Shown here: positions 1-9,315 of the stretch, piece after piece
Position numbering within the stretch: the first letter of the stretch is position 1
How the letters are laid out: every line of letters begins with the position of its first letter
Source: Candidatus Helarchaeota archaeon
GTDB lineage: Archaea; Asgardarchaeota; Lokiarchaeia; Helarchaeales; RDOG01
DNA length: 30,852 nt
Assembly: GCA_029838215.1 (NCBI GenBank)
Contig: JALGVI010000035.1
Coordinates: forward strand, 1-30,852
Direction: 5' to 3'
Notes under the pieces: generated by a model
The model's input: only the letters and a program-made list of their open reading frames with translations
What the model was told of the DNA's origin: nothing
Database searches by the model: none
Program-made: the position numbers and the translations under genes

Positions 1-71
1 TCCGCCAAAAGCTTACCTATATGTGTCTTACCCGTTCCCATGAACCCGATTAAGGCAATATTGGTCTTCAC
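1..71 (-). CDS. aroK: Shikimate kinase, bacterial/NMP-kinase type (5' part only, runs off the window edge)
   Basis: Manual translation from GTG at 71: MKTNIALIGFMGTGKTHIGKLLA, the AroK-type LIGFMGxGKT P-loop. SD-like GAGGTGGAG just upstream; divergent from aroA. Confidence 0.85.
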   Translation of the reverse strand, partial: MKTNIALIGFMGTGKTHIGKLLA

Positions 72-169
72 GATCTCCACCTCTGAAGAATTTGTGATGA
101 AAACTTATAAACCAATTTAAAATAAGAACTTATTTAAAAAATGGCACCAAAAAAGGAATTTCAAACAAA

Positions 170-1382
170 ATGAATGACTCCATTGTCTTGAAGAAGATTG
201 ACGAAATAAATATGGAAATAGAAGCTCCTCCCTCGAAAAGCTTAACACATAGGATCATCTTTACAGCGGCACTAGCCAACGGCACGAGTGTTCTCATGAA
301 TGCTTTGAAAGCCGATGATACTATTCATTCCTTGAATGCTATTCGAGCACTTGGTGTTGCTGTCCAAGAAGAAAAAAATCGAATTCGAATTGGAGGAACC
401 AACGGACACTTCATTCCATGTTTAAAAGAATTAAACGTGGGGAATTCTGGTACAACGATGCGCTTCACGACTGGAGTAGCAAGCCTGATCGAAGCAGGTG
501 AATTAATAATTAGGGGAACCCCACGAATGCACGAACGTCCAATGGAGGATCTCATAAAATCCCTAAATGAACTGGGAGCATGCGTTGTTTCTCTCGAAAA
601 AAAAGGATTCCCTCCCATAAAAATCCTAGGTGGAGGAATTAAGGGTGGGAAAACTGCCTTAAAGGGAAACGTATCATCCCAATATTTTAGCGCCTTGCTC
701 CTTGCGGGAATCAAGGCCAAAAATCAAGTAGAAATCAAGACCATTGGAGAACTAAAATCAAAACCTTACATTGACCTAACCATTGATGTCTTGGAAAATT
801 TTGGAGCCACGATCGAGAATCAAGAATATGATTAGCTCTGCTTCCTATTTTTTGGCACTCGCTGCCGTTCTCCCAAGCAAGATACGCATTACGAATTTAA
901 AAAAGAATTCCAAACAAGGTGATGCTCGAATAGTAGAGATTCTTGAAAAAATGGGCAGCAAGATCAAGTGGGGATTAAATCATGTAGAAGTTATTGGACA
1001 CTCCCTAAAAGCCATCACGATCGACATGAAAGACATTCCTGATCTGGTTCCAACAATAGCAGTACTTGGGGCGTTTGCTGAAGGAGAAACTCAAATTACG
1101 AACGTAGGTCATCTTCGTTTCAAGGAATCCGATCGTTTAAACGCTATTGCAACTGAATTGAAAAAGATGGGTGCTCACGTTACGGAACTGGAAGATGGCT
1201 TAAAAATTGCCCGAGGCACCATTAAAGAGACTGAAATAGAAACTTATGACGATCATCGAATAACAATGAGCTTTGCAATCGCTGCCCTCAAGACCGGAAA
1301 AATAAGAATAAAAAATCCAAAATCTGTCGCAAAATCTTTCCCTGAATTCTTTCAAGTCATTCAACAAATCGCGGATAATTAA
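170..1382 (+). pseudogene. aroA: EPSP synthase split in two frames (170-835 and ~834-1382), with an apparent internal deletion
   Basis: First half has PPSKSLTHR, GNSGTTMRF, SSQYFSALL, SKPYIDLT; second half has SSASYFLA, QGD, DIPDL, KESDR, DDHRI. TAG at 833-835; the second half is in the +1 frame. Roughly 20 residues normally found between the halves (ending ..EGDY) are absent. Confidence 0.85.
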
Positions 1383-1384
1383 TT

Positions 1385-2482
1385 TTATCCAAATCCAAGC
1401 TTTTTCAAGTTTTCTACTCGAGAGCTCAAAGCGAGCAATAGAAGATCAACTACGACAAGAGCAGTCATGGCTTCGCATACTGGAATGATTCGGGGAATTG
1501 CAGACGGATCATGACGTCCTTCAATAATGATCTTGGTTTCCTCCATTCTTTTCATGTTTACAGTATGTTGCTCTTTTGCGATGGATGCAATCGGTTTCAC
1601 GGCAACACGAACTGTAAGGTCTTTTCCGCTTGAAATTCCTCCTAACATGCCACCTGCATGATTGGACGCAGGTATCACGATACCATCTTTGATAATGAAA
1701 GGATCATTATGCTCCGAACCGGTCATCCGAGCTGCTTCAAAACCCGTTCCAAATTCCACGCCTTTAGTCGCTCCGATCGACAAGAGTCCTTTTGCAAGAT
1801 TTGACGAGAGTTTATCAAATACGGGCTCACCAATACCTATTGGAATATTTTTCACGAGGATCTCTACGATTCCACCAATAGAATCTCCTTCATCCTTAAC
1901 TTTCTTCAACCTTTCTCGCATTTTCGCAACTTGCGCGCTATCTGGACACCAAAACTCGTTTCTTTCGATTTCATTGGTGTCAATCGATTCTGCTCGAATA
2001 CCTCCGTATTCTCGAGTGAAGCCTATTATCTCAATACCCAATGTCTTGAGTAACTTTTTCGCAATCGCCCCTGCAGCAACCCGTCCAACTGTTTCTCTTC
2101 CAGATGCACGCCCACCACCTCGCCAATCCACGTGTCCAAACTTTTTTAAATACGTGAAATCAGCATGTGAGGGACGTAAGAGGTCCTTGATCTCATCATA
2201 CTTAGAAGAATCAACATCTTTATTACGAATTATGAGACTGATGGGGGTCCCTAACGTTTTTCCTTGAAAAATTCCAGACAAAATCTCAACAGTATCCGGT
2301 TCTTTTCGTGAAGTAGTTGCTAGACTTTGACCAGGACGACGCTTTTCCAATTCTTTTTGTATATCTATACTATTTAATTCTAGCCCTGCTGGACAACCAT
2401 CGATAACAACCCCTAATGCCATTCCGTGGGATTCTCCCCACGTCATTATCCGAAATATTCTCCCAAAAATATTTCCACTCAT
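1385..2482 (-). CDS. aroC: Chorismate synthase
   Basis: Motifs TWGESHG, RRPGQ, RPSHAD, GGRASGRET, GGMLGGIS, GRHDP. Confidence 0.97.
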   Translation of the reverse strand: MSGNIFGRIFRIMTWGESHGMALGVVIDGCPAGLELNSIDIQKELEKRRPGQSLATTSRKEPDTVEILSGIFQGKTLGTPISLIIRNKDVDSSKYDEIKDLLRPSHADFTYLKKFGHVDWRGGGRASGRETVGRVAAGAIAKKLLKTLGIEIIGFTREYGGIRAESIDTNEIERNEFWCPDSAQVAKMRERLKKVKDEGDSIGGIVEILVKNIPIGIGEPVFDKLSSNLAKGLLSIGATKGVEFGTGFEAARMTGSEHNDPFIIKDGIVIPASNHAGGMLGGISSGKDLTVRVAVKPIASIAKEQHTVNMKRMEETKIIIEGRHDPSAIPRIIPVCEAMTALVVVDLLLLALSSRVENLKKLGFG

Positions 2483-2506
2483 TTCTTTTCCTCAAAAACT
2501 TTTTAC

Positions 2507-3226
2507 CTATAAGTTAAATGTTTTTTTTAAAGAAATAATTGTTGCATTGAACAAAGTATTGATTAGCAATTTAAAATTCTTCTCTCTAATTCCCTTTATG
2601 ATTTGGCTGAATAAGATATTAAAGGTGGAAGTTTCCTTACAAAAGACCCTGCGAGGATTGCAAAGAAGAGCGCCCTTAATAATTTTCTCACTTTTCCAAT
2701 CATTTTTTTTAACTTGTAAATAATTAATGGAGTTACCTAATTCCCATGGTAAATGAGCATCTGAACCTGCAATAAAGGGTTTCTGATATTTCTTTTGAAG
2801 GTTTTTAGCTTTTAAATTTTCAATTTTGGAACATCTAGAATTACAAATCTCAATCATGTCGATTAATTCGAATGGAATTTTCTTCAAATGATGGTGTTTT
2901 GTGGGATGAGCTAGTACCGAGATCCCATTTTGTTCTTTAATCGATTTCAAGACCTTCTTGATTTCCCTTTTTAAACATTTTTTACGAATAAAAAGTCCAA
3001 TTACATCCCCTGCATCAGTAGAATATTCAACAGCCGTGATCACGTGAATTCCCATCTTCTTTCCTAATTTTTGGGCATGCTGTGAATTAAATATTGAATC
3101 ATGATCCGTGATCACGAGTAATTTGATATTATGAGTTTTACAATATTTTAATAGAAATTTCACGGAGATGCTTGCATCAACGGAAGCATTTGTATGAACA
3201 TGAAAAAGAATTGGTATCCAGTTCAT
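2507..3226 (-). CDS. PHP-domain protein (metal-dependent phosphoesterase)
   Basis: HVHT, ITDHD, EY, LAHP, EICN, AGSDAH metal-binding motifs. Confidence 0.85.
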   Translation of the reverse strand: MNWIPILFHVHTNASVDASISVKFLLKYCKTHNIKLLVITDHDSIFNSQHAQKLGKKMGIHVITAVEYSTDAGDVIGLFIRKKCLKREIKKVLKSIKEQNGISVLAHPTKHHHLKKIPFELIDMIEICNSRCSKIENLKAKNLQKKYQKPFIAGSDAHLPWELGNSINYLQVKKNDWKSEKIIKGALLCNPRRVFCKETSTFNILFSQIIKGIREKNFKLLINTLFNATIISLKKTFNL

Positions 3227-3311
3227 GTGATTAACTCTTTTTATTAAGTTATCGAATCAATTATCTTTTTTTTCAAATAGCTCAAAAAAAAATTGCTAAA
3301 AATGTTTTTCA

Positions 3312-4385
3312 TTAAACGAAATAGTTACCCTTTGATATATAATTATATATTTCTTCTCCAGATGTCATCCAACCCTTCTTTTTTTGACAATATTGTAGTA
3401 TTTTTTCATATAATTTTAATAACTCTGGTTCTAATGAAGTTAAATTCGTATTATGCCATAAGATCGTGATTATTCCTTCATATTTTACGACTTGATCAAT
3501 TAATCTCTTGATAGTTTTCCATATTTCTTCTAAATTGAGACCCATGTATTTAAGAACCGTTACATCCATTATTGTTAATGGGAATTCCCAGATTTCTATG
3601 TATTTCTGAGTCAGTAAATTGAAGGGTTTAAATGGATGGCACATTCCATTTCTGAATCCAACGCTATCTGCATATCCAAACGTTGTATCATATTTAAAGC
3701 CAGCTTTCTCTAATATAACCCACGCGTCTGGCACTTTGAACCTGAGAAAATGGTTTCTATAACCTATAATTGGTTTTTTCGTTACGTTTTCCAATCTTTT
3801 CTTCTCTTTCATCAATGTATCAAAGTTTAAAAATGAATCCATTCCACCATGAAGTCCAATTTCCCAACCCCTGTCGATCATCTCTAAGAAATCTTCTTCT
3901 AGCGTTGTTACATCAAAGTTGTATTCTGGGTCATCCTTTTGTAATGAAAGGAAATAAAAGCTCGATTTAGAATTGTATTTTGCTTCTAAATCCATGATCC
4001 GCCTGAAGTTTCGATATTCGTTTTTTTGCTTCGAGATTTTACCTTGAAATACACGGAAAGCGGATCTTATCTTGAACTTATATAAGAAATAAAATAAAGT
4101 AAAAAGGGGATAATAAATTATGTCAACATCATGAGTTAAGCAAACTCCAAATTTCAGATTATCGGGATACTGAACCTTGAGACCATTTTTAATGAGATGT
4201 TTTGACACTTCCGGTTCGAAAACTTTTACATGCTTGGATGAACTATAACAAAAACGATCATATTCATCAAGAGAATTAGGTTCATATTCTTCTTTTTTTG
4301 TAAAGTAATCCCATATTTCTTTATCAGTTCTTAATCGATTCCAGAGTTGCATGGACATGGATGTCAAACCGCAAAATTTTTTCAT
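3312..4385 (-). CDS. Polysaccharide deacetylase family protein (CE4/NodB-like)
   Basis: LTHDVD, EIGLHG, GYRNHFLRF, YDTTFGY, GFRNGMCHPF, LWHN motifs. Confidence 0.85.
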   Translation of the reverse strand: MKKFCGLTSMSMQLWNRLRTDKEIWDYFTKKEEYEPNSLDEYDRFCYSSSKHVKVFEPEVSKHLIKNGLKVQYPDNLKFGVCLTHDVDIIYYPLFTLFYFLYKFKIRSAFRVFQGKISKQKNEYRNFRRIMDLEAKYNSKSSFYFLSLQKDDPEYNFDVTTLEEDFLEMIDRGWEIGLHGGMDSFLNFDTLMKEKKRLENVTKKPIIGYRNHFLRFKVPDAWVILEKAGFKYDTTFGYADSVGFRNGMCHPFKPFNLLTQKYIEIWEFPLTIMDVTVLKYMGLNLEEIWKTIKRLIDQVVKYEGIITILWHNTNLTSLEPELLKLYEKILQYCQKKKGWMTSGEEIYNYISKGNYFV

Positions 4386-4510
4386 TCATTTTTTAAAAGC
4401 AAATGTCTTTATTTAATTTCCTCATTTTTTTTCATAGCTTTCCATACTATTGCTTTAAAGATATTTATTTCATTTCCAGATATTTTATTCAAAACGATCA
4501 AAAAAGCTGA

Positions 4511-5296
4511 ATGAAAATGCACGTTTGCGTTGTTGGCGGAACGGGCGGCATGGGTAAACTCCTTGCTAAAGCCTTTCTAGACATAGAAGATTATTCAATT
4601 CAAATCATTAGCCGGGATATTAAAAAAGCGGAACGAGTCGCGAGAGAAATCGGCACTAACGTAAGCTATGGCATTTTGAATGATTGTAAAAACGCGGATA
4701 TTGTCATAGTATCTGTTCCTATAGATCACGTGCTAAGAACATGCCAAGATGTCGTTAAAATAATGAAAGATGGAGCACTCCTAATGGATCTTTCATCAGT
4801 AAAAGGAGGACTCGTTGATAAATTGAAAGTTCCATCACACGTTGAATACATTAGCTGCCACCCACTATTTGGCCCTCTCGGCGATATCCGGGAAGAAAAT
4901 ATCATCTTGATCCCCGTGAAAGGAAAAAATTGGTTCCCTAAAATTCAAGCACTCTTTCAAAAAATCGGAAGCCAGATTTCCGTTACAACTGCTGAAGAAC
5001 ACGATGAAATAATGAGCAAGATTCAGGTAATGTATCATTTTTCAAATCTGTGCCTTATAACGGCATTGGCAAAATCTCGCGTTTCAAGTGAACATTATAC
5101 AAGGTCATTTAAAAAAATCCGAAAATTCTTAAAAGGGTTCCAACAGAATTTTGACGTCATTTTCGAAATTCAACAGCATAATCCGAAAGCCATTAGAGCT
5201 CGAAAATTCTTTGCAGAAGTTGTCCAAGATTTAGCATCGAAAGAAATATCTGAATTGGAAAAAATCGTCAGGGAAAGCTACTCTCAAATCGAATGA
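4511..5296 (+). CDS. tyrA: Prephenate/arogenate dehydrogenase
   Basis: N-terminal GGTGGMG Rossmann motif; VIVSVP, DLSSVK, HPLFGP, EEHDEIMSKIQ. Confidence 0.85.
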   Translation: MKMHVCVVGGTGGMGKLLAKAFLDIEDYSIQIISRDIKKAERVAREIGTNVSYGILNDCKNADIVIVSVPIDHVLRTCQDVVKIMKDGALLMDLSSVKGGLVDKLKVPSHVEYISCHPLFGPLGDIREENIILIPVKGKNWFPKIQALFQKIGSQISVTTAEEHDEIMSKIQVMYHFSNLCLITALAKSRVSSEHYTRSFKKIRKFLKGFQQNFDVIFEIQQHNPKAIRARKFFAEVVQDLASKEISELEKIVRESYSQIE

Positions 5297-5408
5297 TGTT
5301 TCATTGGTGCCCTCCTAACTCGGTGCCACTCATTTCGTCCATTACGGATAAGATCCTGGACCTTAAGGTAGGAGAGCCCTTTTTTTAATAGTATACTATG
5401 TTTCATTG
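5296..5408. repeat. Perfect 11-bp direct repeat ATGTTTCATTG (5296-5306 and 5398-5408) flanking a 91-bp structured segment
   Basis: Read directly from the sequence. Interior has stems 5309-5317/5369-5377 and 5337-5341/5357-5361, then T7 at 5380-5386. Confidence 0.75.
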
Positions 5409-6236
5409 AAAATGAAAATTTCGATTGCCATTCCAACTTCAATCTTGGAAGAATCACCAGATTTAAGAAGTAAGACCATCAAGCTTGGACAAATTGCCCG
5501 TGCCTGTGCCATTTTTCGAGTAAATCAGATCTTCCTCATTGAAGATGAAATGTACAAGGATGTCTCATTAATAAAGACAATTCTGGAATACGTTGAATGT
5601 CCACAATATCTTCGTAAACGTCTATTTCCAATTTCGAATTCTCTTAAGTATGCCGGTCTTCTTCCACCGTTAGCAATACCGCATCACCAACTTGAAAGGA
5701 AAAGGCAAGCACTCCACCCTGGAGATTTCCGGGAAGGAGTTGTGTGTAAATCAACCAACAAGGAATCGAGCGTGGAGATTGGCTTGGAACATCCCATAAA
5801 AGTCCGCCCATCACGTCTAAAACTTGGGACACGCGTTACTGTAAAAATAACGGAAGTAGGCAAGACATTACGTGGCGAGATAATCAATTCGGACGAAATA
5901 CCGTTCTATTGGGGCTATAAAGTAAAGAGCTGTTCCCTGAAGAGCTTATTTAAGAAACAAAATAAGGGACTAAGGATAGGCTTGTCTCGAAAAGGGCGTT
6001 TCTTCGGAGATGAAAAAAATACTCTTTTACAAAGATTCGAGCAAGAACAATCAATTCTACTAATTTTCGGTTCTGCAAAAAAGGGAATACAGGCATTTTT
6101 TAAGCGAGAAAACATTAACATGATGAAAAACGTTGATTTTTTGATCAATTTGGTGCGTGATCAAGGAACGCGTACCATTCGAACCGAAGAAGCCATTCTT
6201 ATCGCCTTATCTTTAATTAATTCCATTATCCTCTAA
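5406..6236 (+). CDS. SPOUT-family RNA methyltransferase (MTH1/C9orf114-like)
   Basis: SIAIPTS, GQIARACAIFRV, LEYVECPQYLRK, GLLPPL, YWGY, QGTRTIRTEEA. Start may be the ATG at 5412. Confidence 0.9.
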   Translation: MKMKISIAIPTSILEESPDLRSKTIKLGQIARACAIFRVNQIFLIEDEMYKDVSLIKTILEYVECPQYLRKRLFPISNSLKYAGLLPPLAIPHHQLERKRQALHPGDFREGVVCKSTNKESSVEIGLEHPIKVRPSRLKLGTRVTVKITEVGKTLRGEIINSDEIPFYWGYKVKSCSLKSLFKKQNKGLRIGLSRKGRFFGDEKNTLLQRFEQEQSILLIFGSAKKGIQAFFKRENINMMKNVDFLINLVRDQGTRTIRTEEAILIALSLINSIIL

Positions 6237-7122
6237 TTCCTTCTTTTTTCATTATTTTTAATGCTTCATCGATTTGCGCCCTCGAATATTTATCTTTCAA
6301 TAACAAGGAAAAAACATCGAGATCATCAACGTTTTTACTTCGTCGGATGCAAATGATATCTTGGATTACTGGTCGAAGCTGATCTGTAACGCTTTGCGAT
6401 TCAAATATTTGACTTGCACGTTTCTGATAATTATAAAGAAGACTTGACTTCACCCATAACTTAGCTATTTTTCCCGTAATGAATGGACTGACCTTCGAAG
6501 TCCAAGTCCCTCCATGCGCGCACTCTCCTTTCCACGTTAAATCATTGGTGGCTTCATGAACGCATGGTATAAGCGGATATTTGGTGCACGTCATTGGTTT
6601 ATATGCATGAATCTTACAAGTTCTGGTATCTTTATTGAGAGCCACGCAATGAGGCTTGATGCTTCCCAAGAGTCTTAATTTAAATTTGTCTTTTGATGGA
6701 ATGAAATCATTTTCCGTCAACAATCCCTGCTTAATTATTCGTTCATGATCAATTTGTTCAACCGTGTATTGCCCATGACAACAACCAAAGACTGACCGAC
6801 AATCCTTCAAGCAGTCGGATGCCTTTATAGTCATTCGCGTCAAAAACAAATCTCTAATGGCATCATATAATTCTACTGCATTCTGCATGATTGAATCTAG
6901 GAAAATTCTCGCCAATAATTGTTGAAAATGCATCATTTCAATAGAAGTGGGTGGTCTGGCCGACCGCCTATCAAGCGAGAAAAGCCGTTTTGAAAAATCT
7001 TTGAATTCATTGTCAGGAAGGAGCAAAAATGGCATGATATCTAAAAAAATGCAAAAAACTGCTTTAAAATCGGGATTTTTGATGCTTTCAATTAAATAAT
7101 TTATCGATTTCAATTTTCTCAT
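6226..7122 (-). CDS. YkgJ-family Cys-cluster (Fe-S/Zn) protein
   Basis: CxxxC-x5-CC, then C-x8-C-x-IH-x-YKP-x2-C-x2-YP. Confidence 0.7.
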   Translation of the reverse strand: MRKLKSINYLIESIKNPDFKAVFCIFLDIMPFLLLPDNEFKDFSKRLFSLDRRSARPPTSIEMMHFQQLLARIFLDSIMQNAVELYDAIRDLFLTRMTIKASDCLKDCRSVFGCCHGQYTVEQIDHERIIKQGLLTENDFIPSKDKFKLRLLGSIKPHCVALNKDTRTCKIHAYKPMTCTKYPLIPCVHEATNDLTWKGECAHGGTWTSKVSPFITGKIAKLWVKSSLLYNYQKRASQIFESQSVTDQLRPVIQDIICIRRSKNVDDLDVFSLLLKDKYSRAQIDEALKIMKKEGIRG

Positions 7123-7481
7123 TTGACTTCCTGTTTTTGGAGCACCTGATCAATTACTCTTGCAGCCAAATTCATGAGTTCTCGTTGCTCCTCTGTCTTA
7201 AAATGTAAGATTAAAATCGCAATTTTATTGGCATTACGTGCAATTTTTTCGGCGATGGCTTTTGTTATTAAGGAATTCTTGGTGCCAAAAATAATTGGTG
7301 TCGAACTCGTCCCACTTCGTGCAACCATTTGTGGAACTGGGGTTCCGATTGCAATAGAACTTATCTTTTCGTCAGAATCGGTAAGAAATACTAAGAGTCC
7401 ATTATCAAATATGGTATAATATGCCTTTACCGTAATATTTGCTCGTGATGTCGTTTCTATTTCCCATTTTATCATCGACAA
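7119..7481 (-). CDS. Proteasome assembly chaperone 4-like small protein
   Basis: 120 aa; pattern of beta strands, SIAIGTP, S-x-x-I-x-G-x3-S, then helix KAIAEKIAR, recalled as PAC4/POC4-like. 4-nt overlap with the next gene. Confidence 0.5.
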   Translation of the reverse strand: MSMIKWEIETTSRANITVKAYYTIFDNGLLVFLTDSDEKISSIAIGTPVPQMVARSGTSSTPIIFGTKNSLITKAIAEKIARNANKIAILILHFKTEEQRELMNLAARVIDQVLQKQEVK

Positions 7482-7731
7482 GTCAAAATCCGTTAATTTT
7501 TTTTAACTAATAATGAGCAGAAAAATTATTTTACAAGTTCTTAAATAACTCATCTTACACATTAAAATCAATAATGGATATAAAAATATGAAGATTTAAA
7601 AAAAGGAAAAACTTACTAATGTTGGGATGGCGTGATAAAGCAAAATTCAAATATCTACTTAATATTCAGTAAGTATTCACAAAAATCGTCTAAAAATAAC
7701 TCGAGATAAATCATAATCGTGATGGTTTCCT

Positions 7732-9267
7732 TTGATAAACAATATCTGGATTATAAATAAAACAACTAGCGTTTGTCTACTCCAAAAATCCTACGAGAAC
7801 CAAACAAAACAGCTAGATAATGATTTATTCTCGGGCTTCATGACTGCGATTTTTAATTTCAGCAAGGAAATTTCTGATTTTGGTGAATCTGTCCACTCCA
7901 TCTCAATGGGACGCACTAAATTCTTCTATCAATCGACTGAAAATATTATCGTCGTAGTTTCTACTGATAGACGCATTAACGAAATCCTGATAGAGCCCGT
8001 CATGGAACGGATAATCACGGAGTTCCAAAAAAAAGGATATGAGGCACTCGTCACAAAAAGAGTGCAGGAAATCGGTCTTTTCGAAGATTTTAAGGCACCT
8101 TTGGATAACATCGTTCATGATGCAGAAAAAACACTTGGCTCTTTAATAACTGAAGAAGACGCGTACATCATCGAACAGAAGATATCTCCCCAACAACGCT
8201 CCCCAATCCTAAAAGCAGTTCAAGCCTCTGCAAGAACCGAAACCGAGAAGGCAGAGCTCCAAGCTTTGGAGGAAAACGTCATTGAAGCAATAGAAAATGC
8301 CGAACAAGCCATCTCTGAAGGTGACATTCAAGGGTCAATCATTTATTACGGTGTGGCAGCAGGACTTTTTCAACGATTGGGGGAAAATGAAAAAGCCGAA
8401 CTCTGCAATAATATGATTCGACAAGCAAAAGAAGTCCTTTCCAAGCAAGAAGCCAAGGTAATATTCACGTTCGATGAACGCCTTAACCCCATCATCCAAG
8501 AACTCAACCCAATCTTACCATTCGAATTAATTCAAGACTTACAGTTAAAAGAATCATTACAATTGGCATTCAATGCCGAACTTAATCGAAACTATGGTGA
8601 AGCAATGGCTTTTTATAGGTCAGCAGCCAACCGATTTCTCGAATTGAATGAATCTCAACTTGCTGAAAAATGTAACGAACGGATCCAACAAATATTCAAG
8701 CGACAACAATACGAAGAAAAAGCCGCAATTGCCACAATGGGTGGAGAAGTAAATCAAACACCTGTTGAATATTTCGATCCGGCAATGACACCCGAACCAA
8801 CAGAACTTAAACTCCTAATACCCGAAGAAAAAATCCCAGATGAAGAAATAAAAGCATATCTGATGAATGGGGCTCTTTCTGAATCAATAAATTCACCCGA
8901 GAAAGCCATTTCATTTTATGTAGAAGCTGCAAATAAATTCCGCTTTTATGAAGATGAACACAATGCTTCTTTGTGCCAAGTAAAAATTGATGAACTACGC
9001 GAAAAAATCAACGTGCAACAACAAATCTCCGAAATTGCACAAGGAAAGGAAATATTTCCCTATAAAGATATTGCAGAAGCCAAAATCCTAAAACAATTAA
9101 AAAGTGCCCAAGAGTTAGAAAAAGAATTCAAGTTCAGTCAAGCTGCTCTAAAATACAATCTTGCATCAGGAATGTTATCCCTGAAAAAAGATAAAAAAAT
9201 GAAAAAATACGCTAAAATATGCACGGAAAGAGCAAAAATACTAACACGTTTAAAGGAATATGTATAG
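7732..9267 (+). CDS. N-terminal longin-domain protein with four SNAP/TPR-like helical repeats
   Basis: N-terminus IWIINK..VCLL..LFSGFMTAIFNFSKEI..KFFY..IIVVVSTD is typical of Asgard longins. Four Y-x2-AA-x2-F..A-x2-C repeats follow. Confidence 0.7.
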   Translation: MINNIWIINKTTSVCLLQKSYENQTKQLDNDLFSGFMTAIFNFSKEISDFGESVHSISMGRTKFFYQSTENIIVVVSTDRRINEILIEPVMERIITEFQKKGYEALVTKRVQEIGLFEDFKAPLDNIVHDAEKTLGSLITEEDAYIIEQKISPQQRSPILKAVQASARTETEKAELQALEENVIEAIENAEQAISEGDIQGSIIYYGVAAGLFQRLGENEKAELCNNMIRQAKEVLSKQEAKVIFTFDERLNPIIQELNPILPFELIQDLQLKESLQLAFNAELNRNYGEAMAFYRSAANRFLELNESQLAEKCNERIQQIFKRQQYEEKAAIATMGGEVNQTPVEYFDPAMTPEPTELKLLIPEEKIPDEEIKAYLMNGALSESINSPEKAISFYVEAANKFRFYEDEHNASLCQVKIDELREKINVQQQISEIAQGKEIFPYKDIAEAKILKQLKSAQELEKEFKFSQAALKYNLASGMLSLKKDKKMKKYAKICTERAKILTRLKEYV

Positions 9268-9315
9268 AAGAATTTTTGCAATTCGAAGATAACTCAAAAA
9301 TCAGTTTGAATCCAC

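Noticed and set aside
5318-5335. Minus-strand AGTGGCACCGAGT matches 13 nt of the Cas9 tracrRNA/sgRNA scaffold
   Set aside because: The partner CGGTGC arm is missing, there are no cas genes or arrays, and a 13-nt match is plausible by chance.
5305-5379. Hammerhead, HDV-like ribozyme or true tRNA reading of the structured element
   Set aside because: Has GUCC..GGAC-GAAA but no CUGANGA core; no room for HDV P1/P3; no T-stem or anticodon arm for a tRNA.
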